A DNA stretch of 64,000 nt from positions 131,938,001-132,002,000 of the forward strand of contig NC_058368.1 in the NCBI RefSeq assembly GCF_018350175.1, in the 5' to 3' direction. Source of the stretch: Felis catus (Eukaryota). The position numbers were made by a program, and so were the translations under genes. Shown here piece by piece: positions 52,228 through 62,329 of the stretch. The notes beneath the pieces were generated by a model. That model saw nothing but the letters and a program-made list of their open reading frames with translations, had not been told where the DNA came from and did not search any database. Numbering within the stretch: position 1 is the first letter of the stretch; each line of letters opens with the position of its first letter.

Positions 52228-53539
52228 GTAAGGGCTTTGATTTCTCTGTATTAACCATGAACAAATAGGCTCAGAGCAGAGGTACTATTAGGATATTAGG
52301 ACATTTCCACTATGTCGTCTTCTCCCCTCACCCCCAGACTTCACCTTTAATCACACCTTCATCATTATAGAGCCTCAGCATCTTTTGACTTCATTTCACT
52401 TCCATAAGCATTTATTGAGTGCTTGGTGTGTTCCCAGTATTGTGCTAGCCAGTGGAAAATATACAAGACATATATGACACTCTCCCTGTCCTAAATAACT
52501 TTCTAATATTGTAGAAAAGATAAGATTCACATTAAACAGCTAGAAAGCAGCCTCAAAAGATTCTAAATCATTTATTTTTTACACTTTCCCACAAACATTT
52601 TAGGACTCAGTAATACATTTCATAATCCTACTAAGTTCCTCTTAAAATTTATGGCCTACAGGATCCTAGCAATCATACACAGTCAACTTATTTTTTCTTT
52701 GGCTGTTTTTCAGCTTTTTAAGACACTGATAAGAAATAAAGGAATTAATGACTTGTACATGTCCTGTGCTTAACACTTTATCCTATACTGGCAAAAAGGA
52801 AAAAAAAAAAAAAAAAAGGAATAAGAATTGTGCTTTCCCTTATCACACTCCTCTGTCCTCCAGTTGACTTCACATGTAGTATATTAGGACTCCCCACACC
52901 TAACTGCCCTCACCTCCCACTACACCCTGGCTCAAGCACATTACTGCAAGCAAGCCAAAGGGTCACCCCCCACATATGACTCACCCTCTGGAGCCTCTGA
53001 ACTGTCACATGTGCCATTACCCCAACCCAGAATCATAGCCTCACTCCTCTCTGCCAGACGGCATCTCTCTCCTATTTCAAAACTGCTCAACACTCCCATC
53101 CTCCAGGAAACCAGTCAGCAAGATTTGTTGAGCACTCACAAATCTAGAGGGTGGAGGAAAGAGGGCTGGGACACACATTTAAAAAGACATAAAAACACTT
53201 ATTAAGAAAACATTTAAGCAAGTAGGATTCTGCAACTATATACAACTTTAATCAAAAGGACTGGGGGGATGATGATTTGAATGGAATGAATCCTACCTCC
53301 CCTAGGACCCTGAAATGCTTATATATTTCTCAAAATACAATTTCTGTACGATCTAGGTTATGTACTTTTTTTTAACCCTGAGACTCTTTTAATTGGTTTC
53401 TATTACTTATATGTACTTATTTATACTTAAATTCAAAGTTGCTTAAAGGCAGAAGCTGGCTCCTCCCACAGTTGTGTGCCAAAGGTGAAGGCTCAGTGAG
53501 TGTTGACTGACCCTTAGAGATAAATGCACATTACATAGA

Positions 53540-53991
53540 AGAATTTTCTGTTTTTTTTATATGACTGGACAGGTTTAGTTTTATTTTGGATTCCCTGAAT
53601 GTCTCAAAATATCTTTCAAATGTTTTGGGTTCAGCCACCACACAAAAAAAAATGTTTTGCCAAGTCCTCTTCCCCTTATTTTTGAATCCATATGCATTTT
53701 TTAAGGAAACATGATCCATGTGTTTCTGATTCATTTACACTTAACTCATCAAGATGATGTTTTGTAAGAGCAGTTTGATGCCCAATAAGTTTTTTTAACC
53801 TTTTTATAAGCCATTTAAGTCCTTTTTTATTGAACAGGAAAGTCACCAACAAATTTAGACCCAGAAATTTCATTTGAAACTCATAACACACAGGATTCAA
53901 ATTTACTTTTAACTTGGCAAGACCATTTAACTTCCCAAGGTTCTTCCGAGCCACTTGGTTCCGAATTCTCTCACTGTGAATTCCTCATTAG
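53540..53991 (-). pseudogene. Pseudogene A, FN3-like exon 2; 3' end uncertain
   Basis: catctgcag| acceptor in phase 0, matching the linker exon. LMRNSQ*ENSEPSGSEEPWEVKWSCQVKSKFESCVL*VSNEISGSKFVGDFPVQ; TGA stops consistent with CGA decay. Confidence 0.45.
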
Positions 53992-54202
53992 CTGCAGATG
54001 TCAATCAGTGTTTTTAAAATTGTCATTCTTGCTTTTGATGTGATTTCACAGTACAATCTATGTTCTAACATCCTCATTAGAAAGTAAACAAATGGGAGAA
54101 CTTTACCAGATGGTAAAATCGCTGGTCAGTGATGTTGACCAGTTCTCCATTTGGGGAACAAAACTAAGTGGAAAAGGAAGGGTAAGTATGTTAAAGACTT
54201 AC

Positions 54203-54243
54203 CAGGTCTTCCGGGGGTTCATTTCTACTTTCAATTACAGTCT
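54203..54243 (-). pseudogene. Pseudogene A, 41-nt linker exon
   Basis: ctgactttctgtttaag| acceptor, CTG|gtaagt donor; (E)TVIESRNEPPEDL, phase 1 to 0. Confidence 0.5.
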
Positions 54244-54625
54244 CTTAAACAGAAAGTCAGAACTATACACTATGTACCTACACATTTTTTGTATTTGTTT
54301 TATCTAACATCTAGTAAAAAATACCTTTAGTGTTTCAAGGCACTACACAGAATCATACAGAATACATGGGACTATTTTATTGCAATATAGACTATTGAAA
54401 TTTTGTAACCTGATAAGCAACAACATCCTGTCTGTTCATAAATACACCCGTTCAAGTTTATCAGGTCTCTAGTGATTTAGACCATCACTCATAAAGTATA
54501 TTCCACTCAGAAAAGAAGTCTTATATTAAAAGTGATTTATGGCAAATATTATGAGTGCATGGCATGTGCATGTGTGTTATGCATAAATTACATGGTTACC
54601 AGACTATTTTGTAGGTCACGGTTAC

Positions 54626-54903
54626 CGCTTTTCTAAGAAGTGAAAGTCAGCCAGTACTGTACTACACTGTCAAGGTCTGTTATCTGAGGTAAAATGATTG
54701 CTTCTCAGACATTTTTATGTGTCCGCATGAGTGACCACACATTGAGGGATCATTTTCATTTTCTGTCAAGATAGAAACCATTACCAATTTGTTATGTTTT
54801 CTTTTACTTGGCAAACTTTCGGTTCGCATTTTTGGCTAAGCTGCTGTATTGGCATGGTATACAACAGACATTTGGGTACCATTCAGCAGCATTCTACTTT
54901 TTT
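54626..54903 (-). pseudogene. Pseudogene A, FN3-like exon 1
   Basis: Long pyrimidine tract with a probably mutated acceptor. LLNGTQMSVVY...[fs]ITDLDSVVQYWLTFTS resembles the FN3 L-x5-Y motif. Donor G|gtaacc. Confidence 0.45.
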
Positions 54904-55118
54904 ATGCAAAAAAAAAAAAAAAAAAAACAGTGGGAGGGGGAAAAGAAAAGAAATATGATTCTATTGTAAACACTGTATATGGTGTTTGATAATTACTCCC
55001 AGATTTCACTGTCTAACAAGGCATTTAAAGAAGTGTTATTAGTAGATCTAAGCTGAAATGCATGATAGAAATTTTTCACTCAAAATTATTAAGATTATTC
55101 CTTTGTTGGGATATATAC

Positions 55119-55452
55119 TGCCAGTATTTGGTGGCAGTGATGGCTCCCAGACTCCAGTGTAGCAGCTAAAGTAGCCTCTTTGCCACTGCATTCCTTCTTC
55201 CCACAGCATCACACTCTTATAGCTATAGAATCTTTCTTCAAGCATGGGTTTTATAAAACCATTAGATACATGGCAGGAATCATCAGCGACCAGATTCATA
55301 TGACCATGTGGATGAGGTCCATATGCCATTTTGGGTTTGGTTAGATAAAGCTTGGTTAGCTCCCAAAAAAGTTTTGTGAGAGCTGTTTCTGACAAGATAG
55401 AAGAGAGACATAAAAAAGAAAGCCACCTGCTCCTACAGAACAAAATCAGCAT
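55119..55452 (-). pseudogene. Pseudogene A, Ig-like domain exon
   Basis: Lies in the 134-aa ORF 55048-55452. B-strand SFLC, C-strand LFWE, F-strand EERFYSY (AGC is one change from TGC, 62 codons after the first Cys), G-strand QRGYF, then PSLPPN. Boundaries approximate. Confidence 0.6.
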
Positions 55453-56089
55453 TCCAAGGAGAGGAGAAAAATTAAATCTATGAGAGTAGAATGTGATCTT
55501 GTGAACATTTAACTATTTACTACTATGTTCCATTCAAATGTTTTTCCAGGTTAATCTAAGATTAACCTAATACTTTGCAACAAATATATATGATAAAATA
55601 ATAAACCATATAAAGGTCTATCTGCCTTCCTCCCTCCTCTTCTCATCTCTCTCCCCTCCACCACTTTCTCATAGTACGTACAGTATTCAGTATTCTAAGA
55701 ATTAGAGAATAATTATTTTTACTATATAAAGAAAAGTTGTTCACTATACCAAAACCAGATTACGGACACCTCAAAAAAAGTAAATAATAATCACCTGTGA
55801 TCCCCAACTCAACAATAAATATCATTAATTTATACACTTCCAGATATTTTTATGCCCATGCACATTTTAGGCAGAAATGAAATCATATAATGCTATAATC
55901 TTATAACTTGCTTTCAGCTTTTAGCAATATATAACAAATATAGAAAAGTAAATACTTTTCCTTGCCATACATAATTTTATGATTAATTTTTATATTTTTG
56001 TATTAGGCCACATAGTATGCCATTATAAAATAAACCACAGTTTCCTTGATCAGCCCCATGTTTTTGGATATTTAGGCTCTTTCCAGTTT

Positions 56090-56347
56090 GTTTTTTTAGT
56101 GTTTATTTTTTTGTTGTTTATTTAATGTTTTGTTTATTTGTTTTAATGTTTATTTTTGAGACAGAGAGAGACAGAGCATGAGTGAGGGAGGGGCAGAGAG
56201 AGAGAGAGGGAGACACAGAATCCGGAGCAGGCTCCAGGCTCTGAACTGTCAGCACAGAGCCCGATGCAGGGCTCGAACTCACAGACTGTGAGATCATGAC
56301 CTGAGCCAAAATCAGACACTTAACCAACTAAGCCACCCAGGCGCCCC
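56090..56347 (-). mobile_element. SINEC
   Basis: TSD tccagttt; antisense head gccacccaggcgcccc. Confidence 0.95.
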
Positions 56348-56603
56348 TCCAGTTTACATGTATTCTACACAACACTGTAATGAACATCCATGTATCTTCA
56401 TCATTGCCAGTTTTCTCCAGATCAATTTCCAAAACTGGAATTCCTTAGTCAGTGGGTATGCATATTAGGCTTCTGCTAAATATTTTCATGGCCCTCCCAA
56501 AATGTCATTCCAGTCTATACTCCCAAATAAATATCATTTTTATGACTTGCTTTTAGGGCTGTTAGAATCTCAAGAATTAATTAAGGTACTTTGCAGTACT
56601 TAC

Positions 56604-56677
56604 TGAAAGAGAATAACGTTTCCAAAAACATGTTTTGCCTTTGTAAAATTTTTAAAAATACGCAGTCTGGTTTGCTT
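56604..56677 (-). pseudogene. Pseudogene A, exon 5: decayed CxxC-x4-C-x5-C hinge
   Basis: aacag| acceptor, CA|gtaagt donor. KANQTAYF*KFYKGKTCFWKRYSLS, with TAA/TAC/TGT/TCT at the four predicted Cys positions. Confidence 0.55.
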
Positions 56678-56843
56678 CTGTTTTTAATAAAACTAGTACA
56701 CATTTCATCATAACTCTTCAAGATCCTCAGGTTTAAATGGTTTTGTTCTTGGTTCTGAAAAAATTATCCTTCTAAGATAATCTTATTGGTTAGGACTTTC
56801 GGATCTGGATTCTTTTTTTGTTTTTGTTTTTCAGTTTTATTAC

Positions 56844-56894
56844 TGCACCTTGGCTTGCATTAAAAATCACTTTGTCCATCAGTCATTGTTTGTG
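56844..56894 (-). pseudogene. Pseudogene A, exon 4: CxxxC hinge
   Basis: ctaatctctag| acceptor, A|gtaata donor, 51 nt, phase 1-1. QTMTDGQSDF*CKPRC, ending just after the second Cys. Confidence 0.6.
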
Positions 56895-57194
56895 CTAGAG
56901 ATTAGAGTTTGAGAACCAGATTTAGCATGAGGTAGTTTTCAAGTGTTCTTCAGGAGTTAGCATAGCATAGAAGCAATAAAAAACAGTTGTCTGAGTATTC
57001 AAAACTGTGAAAATTTAAGAACGCAGATGTAAAAGAAAGTATTGACTGTTAGGTCCATTCAGACCTCATTATAAGATACCATTAAAGGACATAGCTTCAC
57101 TTCATTGGCAAAGCTTTAAATACTTTTTATATATAATACATACTGTAATTTCTATGAGGTTTAGTCATGTATTGAGTGAAGGGTACAATGACTA

Positions 57195-57301
57195 CAAAGG
57201 AACATTGTAATTATAGTCTCCACTTCATTCAATCAGGACTTTGCCAAGCATGGATAACAAGTCAGTGTAGACAAACCCAAATACAGGTATAAGGACAGAT
57301 G
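57195..57301 (-). pseudogene. Pseudogene A, exon 3 (amphipathic helix-like); 3' end uncertain
   Basis: ttttcattattctcacag| acceptor; SVLIPVFGFVYTDLLSMLGKVLIE*; no clean donor. Confidence 0.4.
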
Positions 57302-57371
57302 CTGTGAGAATAATGAAAACTCACATTAGCCAAGCAAGAGATCTTCTTTACCCATTTAGCATTAGCCAAGA

Positions 57372-58312
57372 CAGCAGGTCTCACACTTTTTTCTCTGGAC
57401 CCCTTTATACTCTTAAAAATTGGGGCACCTGGGTGGCTCATTTGGTTGAGCATTCGACTTCAGCTCAGGTCATGATCACAGTCCATGAGTTCAAGCCCCA
57501 CGTCGGGCTCTATGCTGACAGCTCAGAGCCTGGAGCCTGCTTCGGATTCTGTGTCTCCCTCTCTCTCTCTGCCCCTCCTCCACTCATGCTCTCTCTCAAA
57601 AAGTAAATAAAAATTTAAAAAAATTTTTTTTTAATTATAAAAATTAGTGAGGACTCCAAAGAGCTTTGATTTGTATGGAATATATCTATTGATATTTACC
57701 TTACTAGAAATTAAAACTAAAGAATGAAATCACTTAAAAATAATAATAAACCCATTTCATGTTAACATAAATAAAAATTGTATGAAGAACCATTATATTT
57801 TCATAGGAGAAAATCTAGTGAGAAAAGTGCCATTGATTTACCTTTTTTTTTTTAATTTTTTTTTTTTGCATATCTCCCAATGTCTGACATAACAGAAGCA
57901 GCCGGATTCTCATATCTTCTTCACTGTCTTTTTTTTAAATTTTTTTTATGTTTGTTTATTTCTGAGACAGAGACAGAGCATGAGTGGGGGAGGGGCAGAG
58001 AGAGAGGGAGACAGAGAATCAGAAGCAGGCTCCAAGCTCTGAGCTGTCAGCACAGAGCCCGATGCGGGGCTCGAACTCACAAACCATGAGATCATGACCT
58101 GAGCTGAAGTCGGTTGCTCAACCAACTGAGCCACCCAGGCACCTCTTCTTCACTCTGTTTTGATCCCACACATCATGTACTCTCTCAAAAATTCCACCGT
58201 GAATTCATAAGGATAAGAATGAAAATGAAACAAGACAATGTTTTAATATTCATACTAAAAATAATTTTGACAATAGAGACACAGCGATCCTCAAGTCACA
58301 GTTTGAGAACTG
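57372..58312 (+). mobile_element. hAT-type DNA transposon remnant with two opposed SINECs (+57422-57620, -57930-58144)
   Basis: Ends cagcaggtctcacac...tttgagaactg; second SINE TSD tcttcttcactNt. Confidence 0.75.
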
Positions 58313-58513
58313 ATGGACTAAAGCATCTTTAGTCATTGTGTGTGTCATGATGATTCTTTTTGTTAGATATAATAACCCACTTTATAAGTCCTGGGAAGCT
58401 TTATTCAACTTCGCAGTTTGTGATCCTTGTTCTCAAGGAGTACCAAAGTAGTGCTTTCCGAATTAAATGGGGCCAGCCTATTGGCCGAGACCTGCTTACA
58501 ACATAATTCTTAC

Positions 58514-60230
58514 CATGCTCATAGCAACTCCAAACTGGCATTTAACTGCTCTTTTTTCTTTTTCAGAAATATTTCATAATAGGCTTTTTAGAGTAGCTTT
58601 AGACTCACAGCAAAATTAAGCAGAAACTATAAAAAGTTCCCGTAATCCTCCCCCTCCCTCCCCTGCAACACACAGCCCTCTCAACTATCAATATCCCACA
58701 CCGTAATGGTACATTTGTTACAAATGAAAAGCCTATATTCACACATCATTATCTCTTAAAGGCCACAGTTTACATTAGGGTTCACTGTCAGTGATGTATA
58801 TTCTATGGGTTTGGACAAATGTATAATGACATGTAGCCACCATTATAGTACCATACAGAATAGTTTCATTGCCCTAAAAATTCTCTATGTTCTGCTTATT
58901 CATCTCTCATCTTCCCACTAAGGCTGGCAACCATAGATGATTTTACTGTGTGCACAGTTTCGCCTTTTCCAGAATGTCATATAGTTGGGATCAGAGAGTA
59001 TACAGCTTTTTTGGGTTGGCTCCTTTCACTTAGTAATATGCATTTAAGATTCGTCCATGAACTTCATGCCTTCATGGATCTTTTTTTAGTGCTGAATGAT
59101 ATTCCTTGTCTGTACGTAGCACAGTTTACTTATGCATTCACCTACTAAAGGACATCTCATCTACTTTCAAGTTTTGGCAAGCATGAATAAAGCTGCTATA
59201 AACATCCATGTGTAAGTTTTTGTATGGACATAAGTTTTAGGGCAAATACCAAGGAGTATAATTGCTATATCATATGGTAAGAGCATGTTTAGTTTTGTAA
59301 GAAACTGCCAAACAATCGCCCACAGTGGCTTGACCATTTTGCTTTCCCACTGCAATGAATGAGAGTCCCCATAGCTCCACTTCCTTACTGGAATTTGGTG
59401 TTCTCGGCGTTTTAGATTTTGACCCTTCTGACAGGTGTGGAGTGGTATTTCATTGTTCTTTTAATTTGCAGTTCCTCAATGACCTATGATGTTGATCATC
59501 TTTCCACATGCTATTTGCCATCTCTGTACCTGCTTTTGTGAGTTGTCTGCTAAGGTTTTTTGCTCGCTTCTTAATCGAGTTGTTCATTTTCTTCTTATTG
59601 AGTTTTCAGAGTTCTTTGTATCTTCAGGTGTGTCTTTTGTAAATATTTTCTCCCAGTCTGTGGCTTGTCTTCTCATTCTCTTGGTACTGTTTTCTACAGA
59701 GCAGAAGTTTTTAATTTCCATGAAATCCAGGTAATCCACTGTTTGTTTCATGGATCATGCCTTTGGTGTTGCATCTAATAGCCAAGGTCATCTAGGTTTT
59801 CTCCTATGTTATCTTCTAGGAGTTTTACACTTTTGCATATTGCATTTAGGTCTATGATCCATTTTTTAATTGAAATAAAATTAACATACAGTGTTATATT
59901 AGTTTCAGGTGTATGACATTTACCCAACAATTCTCTACATTACTCAGCACTCACCAGGACAAGTGTAATTCCCATCTGTCACCATACAACGTTATTACAG
60001 TATTATTGACTATATTCCCTATGCCGTACTTTTCATCTCTGTGCCTTATTTATTTTGGCCTATGATCCATTGTGAATTATTTTGTGAAGGCTGTGGGATC
60101 TGTGTCTAGATTTTTTTTTTTTTTTTTTTTTTTTTTGCTTGTGGAGTGTTTACATTTTCACAAACATTTTAGTTTTGGCAAGTCTGCAGTTACTTTTAGT
60201 GTGCAATCTCATCATTTCTTTTATAACCAG
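58514..60230 (-). pseudogene. Pseudogene A, exon 2, split by an L1 insertion (coding parts ~60155-60230 and 58514-58574)
   Basis: cttaacag| acceptor, phase 0. LVIKEMMRLHTKSNCRLAKTKMFVK rejoins in frame across the L1 target-site duplication to KKKEQLNASLELL*A. Donor CATG|gtaaga. Confidence 0.55.
58575..60154 (-). mobile_element. Old L1 (L1MB/late L1MA-like) with a nested short L1 3' end (59864-60059)
   Basis: tcacagcaaaattaagcagaaactataaaaagttccc 3' motif; outer TSD ttttcaNaaaNattt; inner TSD ctatgatccatt. Confidence 0.9.
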
Positions 60231-60411
60231 CTGTTAAGTATATTTTTAGCCAATTATCAGTTATTCATCTTAATAAGATTTGCAAAATAACTGACAGTAG
60301 AAATCACTTATACTTGACTTTAAAGTAAATATACATCCTTTTTATGCTTTTTGTTCATATTCTTCTACTGGTAGTAGGAGATAAAGGTGGTTCTGAATCC
60401 AACCAATTCAT

Positions 60412-60650
60412 TCTTTTTTTTATAAAAATTTTTAAATGATTTATTTATTTTTGAGAGACAGAGAGAGAGAAAGAGAATGTGTGCAAGCAGGTGAGGGGCA
60501 GAGAGAGAGGGAGACACATAATCCACAGCAGGCTCCAGGCTCTGAGCTGTCAGCACAGAGCCCAATGCGGGGCTCGAACTCACAAACTGTGAGATCATGA
60601 CCTGAGCTAAAGTCGGACACTTAACCGACTGAGCCACCCAGGCACCCCCC
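60412..60650 (-). mobile_element. SINEC
   Basis: TSD caaccaatt. Confidence 0.95.
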
Positions 60651-60679
60651 TCAACCAATTTATTCTTGAAACAGATAAT

Positions 60680-61350
60680 TGCATGTGATATATTTCAGGT
60701 ATCCTGCTAGGACCTTAATGCTATCTTCCCTCATTTAACCTACTCATAGGGCTCATAGGTTAGGGACCAGCTATGGTGGGTTTGTTTCTTACAGCTCCAC
60801 TAGAGAATCAGTATTATTCCCACTCTATAAATGAAGAAACTTAGACTCAGAAAGTTAGGTTATTTGCCCAAGATCACACAGTAATAAATAGTGAGGCTCT
60901 TGGTCACACTTAAGAGCCCCAGAATACCAATTTCTAGCACAGTGATTTTAACATGAAGTAATAAAAATGAGGGGTGGGGGAAATCAACTTGACTTTCAAA
61001 GACCTTTGATTCTAAATAATACTATCTGTCTTCTGGAGCTGGTTACAGCACATTTATCATACATTCTAATCTTTGGAATACTTTTCACATTCTTTTCAAG
61101 AAATGCACCACTATGGAGGCTCTGTATAATCCTACATATTGAATTATATTTTAATTATACAATGAGCTGTTAAATCAGACTGCCTGAACAAGTAACCTCT
61201 ATTGCAAGCCTTAATTTCTTCACCTGTAAAGTGGAAATAACAATATCTACCTCAGGGTTATTATTAGAATTAAATGAGATAATTCGTGTAAAGTGGTTCT
61301 AAAGTTACAAAGTTCCCGACTCTAAGGAAATGCTCAGGAAATATTAGGTG
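60680..61350. mobile_element. Two MIR fragments (- ~60680-60900, + ~61170-61350)
   Basis: MIR core motifs in opposite orientations. Confidence 0.7.
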
Positions 61351-61786
61351 TGAGAGAGGGAGGAGGGTGCATGGTACTGGGGTAATATTGGTTAGGCCTG
61401 ACAAATTACTCAGTAAACACTCTAAATTAAATTGACAAATTGTTAGTTATACAGTTATCTTGATGTAATAATATCAAAGAAAAATAATATATAAATAAAA
61501 GGCAAATGTTAATTTACCTCAGTTATGTTGTCTGTAACCTAGAAGGAATGTGGATATATTCATTAAATTTGCTAGCTGTGCATGATGGTTCTATTTTAAA
61601 ATCTTTTGAGAAAAGGAGACAAGTATTATAAAGCAGATTCTTTAGCTGAATCTGATTATAAAATCCGAAGGCTTTTATAATAACTATAATAACTCTGAAT
61701 ATACTTTTATATAACTCTGAATCCAGAGTTTAGCTAATGTAAATTCAGCATCCATAGAGAAAGAGGAGGGGAGTAGACAAGATTAC

Positions 61787-62054
61787 CTTTTTTATGCTGG
61801 GAATATACAGTCATACATCGTGGACTTGGACCGTCTCCAGAAACTTTTTTTTGTTTTTTGTTTTTTGGGGGTTTTTATAGCTGACAGCATTTTGAAACAG
61901 AGAAAGGCCTTTGTAGGCATAAGTAGTTCATTTCTATTGGGAAGAAGATTTAAGGAGCAAAGGTCCTTGGGATTAAGCACATTGTAGTAAAAAAATCATT
62001 TCATAGTGGGAGTTACAGATAGCAACCAAGCCAGTACAAAATGAAAGCGGCCAT
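61787..62054 (-). pseudogene. Nested antisense pseudogene A, exon 1: signal peptide and start of putative IZUMO/SPACA6-like domain
   Basis: Kozak atAATGG. MAAFI[fs]VLAWLLSVTPTMK*FFYYNVLNPKDLCSLNLLPNRNELLMPTKAFLCF[fs]...FLETVQVHDV*LYIPSIKK. Donor AAG|gtaatc, phase 0. Confidence 0.6.
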
Positions 62055-62329
62055 TATACAGGCAATCAAGAAAAGAGGAACAAAAGTTCTATTACTTTAA
62101 CCATATCTCAAAGTTAAATGATGTAGAAAAACCCAAGTACTAAGGTTCCAGGTGAAATTTTGTGAAAGAAGATGAAGAATTTGTACAGAGTTGTTTGTAT
62201 TTCTAAAAATAAAATTTTTACAAATTTTTTAAATTGTTTTCAAAAATGTTTAATTTGTATCATTTTCTTTTAGAAAATTATTAGATGAAATCAATACTAA
62301 TTGTCATATTGATTTTTCAAATAACCCAC

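Noticed and set aside
54107..54165. Possible - strand exon FCSPNGELVNITDQRFYHL
   Set aside because: It would need a ~40-nt intron, and the flanking exons already join in phase without it.
57170..57301. Alternative frames giving ICPYTC or FLCSHC
   Set aside because: They resemble hinge motifs, but better-bounded hinge exons exist at 56844-56894 and 56604-56677; treated as chance.
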